A DNA stretch of 64,000 nucleotides from Paraphysomonas bandaiensis (taxonomy: Eukaryota > Protista > Chrysophyceae), in NCBI GenBank assembly GCA_965644295.1, contig CBFFRP010000115.1, positions 1 to 64,000 of the forward strand, written 5' to 3'. A program made the position numbers and the translations under genes. This document shows, piece by piece, positions 48,101 through 57,919 of the stretch. The notes under the pieces are model-generated. The model worked only from the letters and a program-made list of their open reading frames with translations, was not told the DNA's origin and searched no databases. Numbering within the stretch: position 1 is the first letter of the stretch; the number at the start of each line of letters is the position of its first letter.

Positions 48101-48728
48101 TACTCGGCTGACCAGATGGTTCGCCACTTGGTATACTTGACGGCTGACCAGATGGTATGCAGGAAGGTATACCACTAGGCTCTCCCGTCGGCTGACCAGA
48201 TGGTTCGCCACTTGGTGTACTTGATGGTTGACCAGATGGTATGCAGGAAGGTATACTGCTAGGTTCTCCCGTCGGCTGACCAGATGGTTCACCACTTGGT
48301 TGTCCACTTGGCTGACCAGAAGGAACACTACTCGGCTGACCGGATGGTTCACCACTTGGCATACGTGATGGCTCACCACTTGGCTGTCCACTGGGTGTAC
48401 CGCTAGGCTCACCGGTTGGTTGACTACTTGGTACACCAGACGGCTGACCAGACGGAACACAACTTGGCTGACCAGACGGAACACAACTTGGCTGACCAGA
48501 AGGTTCACCACTTGGTATACTTGACGGTTGGCCACTTGGCTCCCCAGTGGGCTGTCCACTAGGTACACCAGAAGGTTGACCTGTGGGTTGCCCAGAAGGG
48601 TATCCACTTGGCTGTCCGCTAGGTACACTACTTGGTGCGACTGTAGATGAGACAAACCACGTGCGTGTATTGCCATTAAACGCACTCATGGCAAAGATGA
48701 CGAAAAAAAACAATCGTATGGGAGTCAT
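42186..48728 (-). CDS. 2180-aa PSxx-repeat (mucin-like) multi-pass membrane protein
   Basis: Uninterrupted ORF with a hydrophobic N-terminal signal, about 850 aa of PS[GSC]x tetrapeptides, an extracellular beta-rich segment, about 7 hydrophobic helices and a disordered C-tail. Confidence 0.88.
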   Translation of the reverse strand: MTPIRLFFFVIFAMSAFNGNTRTWFVSSTVAPSSVPSGQPSGYPSGQPTGQPSGVPSGQPTGEPSGQPSSIPSGEPSGQPSCVPSGQPSCVPSGQPSGVPSSQPTGEPSGTPSGQPSGEPSRMPSGEPSGQPSSVPSGQPSGQPSGEPSGQPTGEPSSIPSCIPSGQPSSTPSGEPSGQPTGEPSGIPSCIPSGQPSSIPSGEPSGQPSSVPSGVPSGQPSGQPSGEPSGQPTGEPSGIPSCIPSGQPSSIPSGEPSGQPSSVPSGVPSGQPSGQPSGEPSGQPTGEPSGIPSCIPSGQPSSTPSGEPSGQPSSVPSGVPSGQPSGQPSGEPSGQPTGEPSGIPSCIPSGQPSSIPSGEPSGQPSSVPSGVPSGQPSSTPSGEPSGQPTGEPSGIPSCIPSGQPSSIPSGEPSGQPSSVPSGVPSGQPSGQPSGKPSGQPTGEPSGIPSCIPSGQPSSTPSGEPSGQPSSVPSGVPSGQPSGQPSGEPSGQPTGEPSGIPSCIPSGQPSSTPSGEPSGQPSSVPSGVPSGQPSGQPSGEPSGQPTGEPSGIPSCIPSGQPSSTPSGEPSGQPSSVPSGVPSGQPSGQPSGEPSGQPTGEPSGIPSCIPSGQPSSTPSGEPSGQPSSVPSGVPSGQPSGQPSGEPSSQPTGEPSGIPSCIPSAQPSSIPSGEPSGQPSSVPSGVPSGQPSGQPSGKPSGQPTGEPSGIPSGQPSSIPSKIPTAVPSGQPSGQPTTSPSCVPSCIPSSEPSGQPSGWPSSQPSSLPSCVPSCLPSSLPSGQPTVQPTSVPSSEPSCRPSTVPSGQPSSEPSSQPSGVPSSLPTGQPSSQPSCVPSTMPTSAPSSYPTCLPSATPSSLPSSLPSGAPSGQPSSVPSSNPTSAPSLQQQILISYPAKSTIVGVTSETFTTQYQLAFQSSIASSISTNRRQLQNTDVTVDGVVNVAVTTRRLNGVLSQSLHNLIAPRAVYLGVRVSYTVSFVLENYGYLGKSGMAEAVSSITSQLHSASTNGSLSTAMKSVLLNSFGITPSPEFSVESFENDPSNIETTALKTYYPTSQPTERPGDNADGPSRVIQISIGTLLVICFAFFLAFYFRDESSFSDKIKIKKTKVSVTTADENSRSHLFSKADNEQRRLRDDTIRNVVATEEKALRSALENTELALPEALRARTFVEFISSNIFLRSHALLRIFSNTSRGISLSGVISLLSEGVTMFCVLTVIFFLRQSGSDILHDTRISTYDMFVLAYVTAVVLSPFFVLLNSMILWISVAGFSRLSTVVCEQKSLQKLDRGALGFDEEEGHGNSDRIVVGKSPLLEEVHRLQNRIEAFRENLVTDEVGNSLATTIYDDIFGRSVLSFGENNVWKAKSDIPENITSVFDTAWSIRTEHCSGSVAGVDELERRVSSKNERKIDIYSAFSQSIGMRDANEFLHEEVGESNELTPFQVLIQDLARARKIYDNEMKNCLGHDSSRTYSSLSSSELINIGQTVIRLFLLDVLPVCSATVLASLYKRQENFTLKPHMWSPSLLFYPVLLMAYLAGLITVAALFSTSLNEETQFIVLWCFVIWLSSSLIIVQPATIAVKNYVFSRTLSRDIKPSTSWIRSSLKDAAINNIKRCIAHNTESADESNNSSSPRTIAKQYIADMTSSKPLILGDAATFPPWALKNGIFFERNPAVEPNECNVVRSLPNISPIRSVMNRSDVLCDDQTYCVSLNASPFFFASNRVASRFSQLLESQVVLSFRTPWPKRMYGKPRKFDSILCQSRHHRELYPAQWHFFVLPSPLALAFVDGGFRVYIAEYVFMKARIMAGLVCSLPMCMQDIIIEMFVWGGLASAFLLHYHIAAVNVVFAVIPAVCVLAMCLLFMRRTCRPWEAENSWFAMNNLSRVQSDEITLDFNHIVRNIETKEQSRIEDENIVDMNMTNDLGPHSNDIRTSTRENGDSYLSSLSTPVKCDEKSVSENAAISTVRECEKSEVNTPEASPALPDFRTEVQKEVIKQLSLIFSSSNMDGSIGSPDVRRLPPLLRMDSNQKESSPVSSKDVRYASVRVARRNKSKDDDAVISSPSRSGKHVIMKSEIEAFMGKLLDGDSEHEELPSVNDFLEQASRHRKTGPVARKKGTGPQSPLPSNKEKHLTGGEEATPAINNSEDTTDKDSLFESHIVPESKTVHVHGCVEDNESKEGGTFANESK
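46590..48330 (-). repeat. Coding minisatellite: about 11 copies of a 156-bp (52-aa) unit built from 12-bp monomers
   Basis: TCTCCCGTCGG recurs at 46621, 46777, ... 47401, ... 48181, a period of 156. Confidence 0.95.
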
Positions 48729-50715
48729 AAGAATTCCTTTACACTGCTAATCTGAAATAACAGATATATAAAAGACGGAAATTATATTCAATACATCTCA
48801 AAGCAATGTATTGATCTGAAAAAGATAGTTTGAATCATAAACCACTCAAGTAATGGCTCAATATTACTTTATTTCGATACAAAGGTATAAAATTTACGCG
48901 TCACCTCGGTGCAATCAGATGTACAGATTGGTTTCGAAATAAGCACTTTCTCCTTCACCAACACCACAGGCGAGTGATTTTAAACATGCAGAGTGCAAGC
49001 TGTAATATCAATGGAATTTTTGTGTTGTGTGGATATGCAAAGTTCGATTAAGCTTTGAGAATTTTGTGGCATTCAATCGCTAAAAAAATGGGTATTTCAC
49101 TCACTGACCAAAAACCGACAAACTTTCGCCACATTTTCTTTTCATACTGCAGTCAGTCAGTTATATACCGTATCTATACTGGTATACGGTTGCTGTGTCT
49201 GAATAGGAAGCTTGTATGTACTCCACAGAGTACAGCAGTATATCCAGCCAATTCAATCCTGCCAATAAAAGCAGCACTTGAAGCACTCACCAGAAGTTAT
49301 GCTTGAATTGTATATACTAATGTGTTAAGGTGAGGATAGGGATAGATTCGGGGAGAACGAGAGGGAGAGTTTGGAAACTGTAGTGATAGGGGAACCAATG
49401 AAGGTTGGCGCCTCTTTTATTGGCAGATGTTCTTGTTATATGGAATTTCGGCGTCCCCCAAGTTTCTTGTGATATGCACCCTCTGTTCACCATTGCTGTG
49501 AACGCAAAAACATATAATTCAAGTTGTGGTGGTATAGCTCAAAGTGAAAGAAGTAGAATAAAAGTTGTAGAGAAAGAGGGTGAGGGTTACTCCGAAGCCA
49601 CTCCCATTACTATTGTACATAAAGAAGTTTCACTAAGTCATGCCCCAACCACTGTTTTAACATGAATGATTGTCACGACAGCTCATATCCCTGAAAACAG
49701 CATTCGATGAATCCAGTAAAATGTTGAAGGATAAGACGTATAAGCATTCACTGAGCTGACAAATAGAGCACCGACTTATATATTCTTGACGATCATGGCG
49801 ATTATAGTGATGGCAATGACGGCGACGTTATGGTAGTAGTAGCCGGCAGTGCTTAATCAGTACTGTGGTACAACCATTAATTACTGCATGACTCTAACAT
49901 TTGCTTCTAATATTTTTTTTCGACATAAAGCGTAAAGAAGTCTAAATCTTCTGTAAAACATGCCTATATTGTCTATTGGGTTTACTCAATGCACATCTTG
50001 TACATGTGTATATTATTTTTCTCAACATATTGACTTTAGAACATTCTTTTGTCTGACTCTTACACGCCTATTATTGCTAATAATCAGACATTTACTACCA
50101 GATAATGATACCGCTATTTTGCTTACATATATTTAACAGTTCCTGGAGTTTCTGGACGTAAATATGTAAATGTCTCAGCTAAATCCCTTGTCTCTCCGGT
50201 GTTTAAGAAAAGCTAACTTTCATAAAACTTTGAAACAGTGGGAATACGTTTATATTAGAGTCATTTAAGTGAAAGGGTATTTTTAATGATATTTTTAATA
50301 TTTTGGTTTGTCAGAAGCATTTTTAATACTAAAATATATATAACATGAATATCATCATAATGATGTATGTATTGCAAGAGGAGTGGGACACAATTTTGAA
50401 TGTCATCCATAGATTATTGGCAGAACAGTGAGATTTACATCTGAATTTGTTTTAGGTTTTACGTCAGACTCAATAACTCTCCGAAGCAGATCGTTATCTA
50501 TCTAACTTGTCAAAGCAAGGTGTATGATTGCCAAAATATATAATGTTATACATGATAATAATATACACGCAACGAATATAAAAAAAGAAAGATAAATTGT
50601 GAAAGAGTTAGAGGAAGAAGAAGTTTAATTGATTCAATTTAAAGTTAAAATAGTTAAATTCAAGATCTTCGTCGTCATAGTAGTATGTATGTCACTCGGC
50701 TTTGTTCGCTCTGTG

Positions 50716-52309
50716 CAGGCTTGCGTAACCATTAATGGCCATTAATGGCGACGCATTGCTTCCCCCATTTTTATGGCCATTAATTTTAAAAATCCCACCA
50801 CTGTTATGGCCATTAATGGCCATTAATGGTTAGATTACTATTGCTTTATTGCTTTAGAAAGAAGTAAATGGAAAGTGTTAATAATTAGACTAAGTACTAG
50901 CTATTTAACAGCAATGATGAGCAGTTCGTTCCCATGTTACAGGTCAGATAGCTAATGCTAACAATATTCTTAAACATCATCAGCAACTATAATATCATCA
51001 ATGGTAACTTCGTTCTATAAGAATTTGTTGCAACGCAAAAAGAGTAGCAGCTCCAAATGTTGGGGTTCCATTAGCTTGCGCTGGTCTCTCATAATAAGCT
51101 TTGCTCTGCTAAATAATCGCTCAACAATATTGGAAGCCGTCACCAAATGATTCATGGAGCGATGTTTAGTGGCTCTCCTGCTGCTTTTTGCCTTTTTTGC
51201 CACAGCTTCTCTCACTATATCCACAGCAAATCCTCCTGTTTCCCCCGTTTCATCATCGCCACTGCTATCGTCATCCTTATGAGCCGCAAGGAGATAGCCC
51301 TTAACGGCTTCAGATTCTGCAACAGTCAGAGTATTCTCCTGTTGGCTTTGGATCTTCACAACAGCTCTCTCGAATAATGGGTCAGTTGTAATGGTAGCAT
51401 TAGCACCAAGATACTGTTCCATATCTGGAAAGTTTTCAATAAGTTTGTCGAACATCATGCTACGCACAACATAATGATCTACAGACGATTTCTGCAGCAT
51501 CAATGCGACTTCGTTGCACTTAGCAAGCTCTGATGTTACTTGCGCGATCCGTCGGTGCTGTGGTACAGAAGGTAGTAAGTCCGTAACATCGTCATTAAAA
51601 TTATCACAAGTCAACACAGGAGTAAGTAACAAATACCGCTTCCATGAATGATGGACAGAGTTCCAGCGTGTGTCATTCCTAAGACAAGCAGCATAACCAG
51701 ATACTTTTTGTAACCTTGATGAATTATTCAAGGATCGTAGTTTCTTCATAAGCTTTTGCACTACTACGTCTACTAGCAAATCATCTTCACCTTCATAAAG
51801 TTTGGAAACTGCAAGGTTTAATTTGTGAGATGCGCAACCCAGTAAAGGCACTCGGAGCAATCGTGCCAATTTTCTGTTGACGCTACACAGTTATAACCAG
51901 CCACGAATTCAATGTTATCAAAATTGCAACCAACAAGATTTAATTCGTCGAAAATGTAATCTCCGATAGACTCAGCTGTAAAGTCAATATCTTCATCATT
52001 ATCGTCATCGTCCACCTCATCCTGTGGACCACAACACAACAATACAGTTGTTACATTGCCTTTACCGTCTGACCATGTTGCAAAAACTGCTATGTAGTGC
52101 TCGGTTCCGCAAGTCCAACCATCGAAAATAAGACCGAAAGAATTGGGGATGATGTGTTTTATTGCATTCTCCACAGACAACCCAAGTTTTTCAAGATACT
52201 TCATCAGAGTTGTACGTGAAATCGACTCCGAATTAGTGATCTTTCGAGTGAAAGAATTCTCCACAAAGGAAAAATTACCCCCACTCTAACCATTTGTTAC
52301 GCAAGCCTG
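50716..52309 (-). mobile_element. Internally deleted hAT transposon
   Basis: 14-bp TIRs CAGGCTTGCGTAAC and perfect 8-bp TSD GCTCTGTG. Transposase motifs LIFDGWT, GCASHKLNL, TRWNS and VERLFS in two frames (52264-51818, 51869-51015). N-terminus missing. Confidence 0.95.
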
Positions 52310-52796
52310 GCTCTGTGAATGTACAGTATAGGACAGCCACCTTGACATGCGATTGTCGAATATAAGAATGTTTAAAAGAAAAGTACAGAAAATATGCACC
52401 ACCCAACCAACAAACGAGAAGGTTATATTAGAATAGGATTATTTCATAAGAGTAGGCGTGATTAATATTCTTACACCAGTGGAGACACTTACCTCTACTG
52501 ATTCATTAGATCTATTACATGTATCAACAATGGCCTTAATACATCTACGTCACAGATAGGGAACAGAATAGTATTATTGTACTATGTCTATATCACGGCA
52601 TCTACTCAAAATACAAGAACTATCTTGTGATAATATTGTACGACTATATGACAATAGTTAGCCAAAATATACAACAAATATACCTTAGAGTCAGCTATAC
52701 CTAGAAATAAATATCACAACAAGCTCGATTCCACAAGAGTCATCAGTAGTAGTACTAAAGAACACAACGTACTACAAAAAAACAGAGCCGAACTAT

Positions 52797-54205
52797 TTAC
52801 AGGGAAGCTTGCAAAACGTTTTCTCCAAGCAGCGCATTGCATCTCGAGCTCAGAGTATCCTCGATTCTAGCGATCATTTGTGAAACTTTACACAGCATGG
52901 CTGACGCGCTGTCTCTGTCAATAGAAACATCAGCTGTAGATTCAAGCTCATCTAGAGCTGTGAGAGAGTCCTTCCATCTTTTGAGACGGGGAAGAGTGTG
53001 TGCCGCAAGTTGCTTGGAGTGATCTCGCACAGTATCCAACACGACATAGCTTTCACCCACTCCATGCAAGGATTCCGGAATAGTTACTTCCTATAGTAAT
53101 TACATATTTAAACATGAGTATAATCAAGTATAACTCATTGTGTAGCAAAATTGGACTCTTGTAACACGAAAAACCACGCATACACACGCACCAGAGTGTA
53201 ATCTATTCCCCCCATGCCCGCCTCTTGAGCTATTCCCAGCATTGTAGGAGGCCTCTTGCCAGGAGGGGACAGAGAGGAGAGGGATGCAGATCCTCGCTTA
53301 TTCCCTGAAAGAGATTCTTGACCTACTGTGGAGGTATAGCCGTCTTCCCAGTCACTCTCGGCGTCTGTATTCACAAAATCAGTAGTTCGTACGACATGAA
53401 AAAGGTTACATATATTACAGCAATTATAAGATATAATATTCACATAATAACATCAACTGCAGATACTATACATATATATCACCTTCTTCATCCGGCACAC
53501 TCGCATCGGGCAGCTGGGCCTCCATAGGAGGAAATAATACAATGAAGCACTGTTCTAGTGTCTCCATCGTACTGGCGATCTCCTCCCACTGAGAGGTTAT
53601 CTCTCGCATACTCTTCCGTGCTCGCGCGATGTAGAGTGTAGCTTTCCTCCTCTGACTCTCCAGTCGCATCGCCTCCGCCCTTCTCATCTCTTCCTGTCGA
53701 AAAGTGTTCAGCGAGCATACGATATAATCAGATCTATAGTTACTCGTATATCTGGAACAGCTAGATCCGTGCTCTCTCTGAGAAACCGAGACATTGCACG
53801 CAGCTGGGGCAACCCCCCACCAAACCTCACATTCCAAATCTCGATGAGTCGTAATACTAGAGCACGTACTTCTGGCACATGGTCGACTGGTACCGTACTA
53901 CCAAAAGACTGGACTGCACCGGAAGCTGCCACCACATCCTTCAGGCGATAACAGAGAGCTGTGCGAAACGCAGCCGAACGAATAAATAGAGCGTCTATGA
54001 TGTGCAACAATTTCAGTCGGACGCTACCTTTTTTGCTACTTAAATCACATATAAGGCAATGCACGACCTCTGTTATGATGGAGCTGTCGTGCTTTACTAT
54101 GTGCTTGATAGTGTTCATAATCTCTCCAGGAACCCCATCGCCTCTGCTCTTCACCACATGCTTTAACAATTGGTGGATGGAAAGGTTCTTTGATTCACCA
54201 CCCAT
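52797..54205 (-). CDS. UVSSA: UV-stimulated scaffold protein A-like, 4 exons, apparently C-terminally short
   Basis: VHS-like N-terminus (VRLKLLHIIDALFIRSAAFR...IEIWNVRFG...SRFLR), then EIASTMETLEQCFIVLFP and VLDTVRDHSKQLAAHTLPRLKRW. Confidence 0.75.
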
Positions 54206-54741
54206 ATTAATTATAACTATCTTTTTTCTTGGAATGGTGTGTCATAGGTCGATCATAGTCGATGGTGGTCAGTCAGCAATATATTCTATAACAATAGAAA
54301 AAGTCATCTCGGATCTCGATTCGAATTCATGCATCCATTTGGTGGTGGTTTTCCCACACAAGTTAAGTAAGTTAAGTTAGTTCTTCTTGCGTTTTTTCAG
54401 CACTTTAATGGGGCGTCTGTGGTTTGCTAAAAAACTTCTGGATTTCTTGAGCAAAAGCCTTTCTTTTCCAACTTTTTTCAGAGTTTTGGAGTGGTGTTGG
54501 GTGTGTTGTTTGCGACAGCAGTGCGTTTTTAGCGATGTATTCACACTGCTGCTCCTGGATATTAGTATCTGCAGCAAGAGGTTCCCTGTTGATCATTTGA
54601 GCATAATCTCAGCATCAGGTGGCTTATGGCTCTATATATCTTCATATATCTTGCCAAATAAGTCTCAGTGGACAGATTAACACAATACTATCTAATGAGT
54701 GGGAGTAATTAACCCTACTGAATTTCGACGTATGACTGATC

Positions 54742-55635
54742 ATGAATGCTAGCAATGAGAGTAGTGAAAAGGATGATCAAATGGCAGCCGAGCGGATTGT
54801 GATAACTCATAATAGTCATGTAACAGAGGAGTCAGACAAACTTGAGATATTCCGCGAGCTGAACGTTGCTCTACAGCACAATAAGATATTGAGCACACAG
54901 CTGTTACTTACGCGACAGGACCTCGAAAGAAGCCGTGATGCACTGGAAAAGAGCTTTACGATGCTAGAGAACCAAAATAATGACACTGCACAGTTGAAAG
55001 CCGAACTCGCGGCATATTTCCAACATCTCAAGGACACTCTTCGAGAGAGCGAAGCTTCGAAGGCTTCACTGGAAGAGAAGCTGAAACAGACATCGGCAGA
55101 GTTGGAATCTACGAAGAAGTCTTTGAAAAGAGCTAAGGAGGAACTCTTAAATCGATCACATACGAAAAGCGTCCCTTCGGAAGGTGAGATGGACAGTCCT
55201 TTGGGTGTGGTGCGTGACCGAGTAAGCTTAATCGAAGCAAAGATTGGAGAGGGCCACAATAATAAACTTATCATCACATCAGAGCATTCGCAGCAGAATA
55301 GTTCCACAGTACAAACAATAAATGAGATAGATACTGATTCAAAATCTAGTTGTAATGGGGTTGATTCGGATGAGCGTATTACCTACGAAGAACTACAGCG
55401 GTGGAAAATACGTTGCGCTAACTTGGAGACTCAAGTTCGCACACTTTCGGACATTAATACCGCAATTACCAGTAGTATTTGCCGCCCAGAAAGTAACATT
55501 TTGGGCACGCCATCATCTCTTGGATGCCTAGATCCCACAGCTTGGACCACTCCACCTCATTCTCCGCCCGCACCCTCACATCATTCATTTACGTCACCAA
55601 GGAAGAGTACAGACGTTTCCAAACCTACTGAGTGA
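54742..55635 (+). CDS. Hypothetical coiled-coil protein, 297 aa
   Basis: ATG-initiated ORF rich in heptad-patterned E/K/L, with a Pro/Ser tail. Confidence 0.7.
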   Translation: MNASNESSEKDDQMAAERIVITHNSHVTEESDKLEIFRELNVALQHNKILSTQLLLTRQDLERSRDALEKSFTMLENQNNDTAQLKAELAAYFQHLKDTLRESEASKASLEEKLKQTSAELESTKKSLKRAKEELLNRSHTKSVPSEGEMDSPLGVVRDRVSLIEAKIGEGHNNKLIITSEHSQQNSSTVQTINEIDTDSKSSCNGVDSDERITYEELQRWKIRCANLETQVRTLSDINTAITSSICRPESNILGTPSSLGCLDPTAWTTPPHSPPAPSHHSFTSPRKSTDVSKPTE

Positions 55636-56419
55636 CAGAGCAATAACAAACATGCGCAAAAGAGCCAGCAATCTGGCCGAATTAGGTTTCATAGAATGTC
55701 AATATGCTGCATCATATATGTTTCTCGCCTTTTGCATTAATAAGCTATTTTCATATTTTTTGAATCAGCGTACACAACTGCAGCATTACTTAAATCCGTA
55801 AAATCGTAGTCTAGAGTGGTAACCATAAGTTGTCCAAACGTATTAGCTCTTCATTAGTATACTCAGTGATAGAAAAAATTGGGTTAGAAGACGACAGCAG
55901 AGTTGGAGTGTTAGAGTTATCATATTACATATTACATCAAACGTGGTAACAAGTAACTAACAAGCTCTTGTGCGCCTGCCAGATACAATAGCGACAACAC
56001 CAACTGCACCAGCATCTACCCATTTCTGAGCTGTTTCTTTAACACAATTCCATATAAACAAGCTGTTTTCCTTGGAAGGGCGAGAGTCGTATATACTGGG
56101 CAACTTGCTACTTGGTAGTAACGTATAGTATATAATATATAGTACATATACATACATATAAGAAAAAGTATAACATATGGAATCCTCTAAGTTTAATATT
56201 GATAAAAAAGTATTGGTGGTGTTATTATTGCCCTTCAGCGTAGAAAAGAGTTTTTTGAATATACATCATACATCTTAACTCTCAGCTTTATCAGTATCCT
56301 ATGGTGTATTCTTGTGGTTGTTATGTGTGCGAGAAGGGATGTGCAATTGTGAAAAGTGGGGGGTGGATGTGAGGAGGAGCAGCTACTGCTGCCCGAGGGC
56401 GTGATCCTGCGATGTGGTG

Positions 56420-57302
56420 ATAATGACGTCAGTATCCTATGTTGTGCAATAAGCTGTCCGTGGATTCACCCAAATAATCATCAGCAGCTGTCGTAGTACC
56501 ACATCCTGTGCATGGCTTCTCTGCTTCCACTTCTTTCGTTGTCTCCCTGCATGGTTTAGACTACTTTCTGTGTTCACGATCTCATCCAATATGAGGAATC
56601 ACTTGTGGTATGATCTGTGTCAAGGGTTGAACACCTATCGTTCTGACTGTATAAGCCATTTGTCCTGCTAACACCCACGACACTCTCTTCTAAACATAAG
56701 ATTGTGACATCAGCAACATAGGGCACATAGTCAATACTTTCATCTACGCTAGAGGCACAGCATACACCACAACCCTCCATAGGTTCATCTTCAGCAGCCA
56801 AAAACTTGACCGAAGTGTTCTCATCCACCACGGCATTATGTTAGATATTGCTAGAAAGTGCAACTGATGCACTGTGAACCGGCATATTATTATCAGTATC
56901 ACAAGAAGAATCGAGAGAAACATTCGTAAGTTGCTCTATAAGCTTGGAATCCCCGGTGCTTCCCCCTGATTTGTCTGCTGTACCAGTGGATACAATCACC
57001 ACACTGTTCACTGGCGAAATATCATCCTTTACACTTGACTCGGAGCAAGAATCAAAATTAGACAGGATATAGCTCTCGGGCACTCGTGCTGCACATCTAT
57101 TTCCGGGGTCTGGGGAGTGAGTCGCAGAGAGAGTGTCGACTGGACCATCGCCCAGTGACGATGTCGACATCTGTCTCAAAAAGCTCATAATTCCACTCTC
57201 TTCTCTGCTCAATTGGGGATGTGTCCCTGTGCCATTGTCGCCAGGGTAGTCTACGGGGAGACCTGTGGGGGGAGTCTCAGTATATGAGTGAGAACATCCC
57301 AT
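56420..57302 (-). pseudogene. Ser/Asp-rich protein with an MGC acylation-type N-terminus, interrupted by an in-frame TAA and later frameshifts
   Basis: ORFs 57302-56841 and 56831-56574 share a frame and are separated by one TAA. Coding-like composition continues to about 56420. Confidence 0.45.
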
Positions 57303-57919
57303 TGTTGTGAATTAGTCACACTTCAATTATTGAACTTTGACACAGAAAGCAAATGGGTGAGTCATATATAAATTAGCGACGTGGTCCTATTCCATATATT
57401 GCTTAATGGACTACAACATAGGCAACAATGAATGGAATTTATTTTCACCTTCCTTCCATCCGAAACAAACAGTGCTGTCCACAACCATCGTTCAATCCAA
57501 GTTCTTATTGATTTTTCGGAACATATACACAATACAAAACCCCGAAATATTGCTGTACTACGATATGCTTACCGGAGGTTTCAGTTTACACACTTCTTTG
57601 GGGTTTTGTGATTTTGTACTGCTGTATTTGTTCAGCTTTTTGATAATATCAGAAAAGCTCGATATTCTGCTACTGTTCATGCTTTTTGCAATAAGACAAA
57701 CAATGAAAAAAGGGCAATTTTTAGCCTGCTGGTCGATAAATTCCCTTTACATAGCCGACTTTTTTCCTCACGAATATTGTATGGTGCATAGATGAATATT
57801 TTTACTATCACATATTGGGTAGTATCAATAGTTTCTCTCATTCCTACCCCTTCTTATCACGCCCCAGAGGGAGGGACCTCTTTTATTCCTCTCATCCCAC
57901 TTTTTATACTCCCAGAAGC

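Noticed and set aside
46067-48685. 872-aa overlapping ORF (VVNHLVSR repeats)
   Set aside because: A shifted frame of the 12-bp coding repeat that happens to lack stops. It begins and ends with the repeat.
49528-49600. tRNA-like start GGTGGTATAGCTCAA (a similar one near 41423)
   Set aside because: No T-arm GTTCRA motif and no acceptor-stem complement.
54377-54680. Short overlapping ORFs between UVSSA and the coiled-coil gene
   Set aside because: No consistent frame, splice model or recognisable motif, so a gene cannot be supported.
38599-56843. Stop-codon reassignment suggested by an in-frame TGA near 38603 and TAA at 56841
   Set aside because: EAF6 and SmF end in TAA and DUF599-1 ends in TGA. 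The TGA near 38603 can be removed by a 36-nt GT-AG intron.
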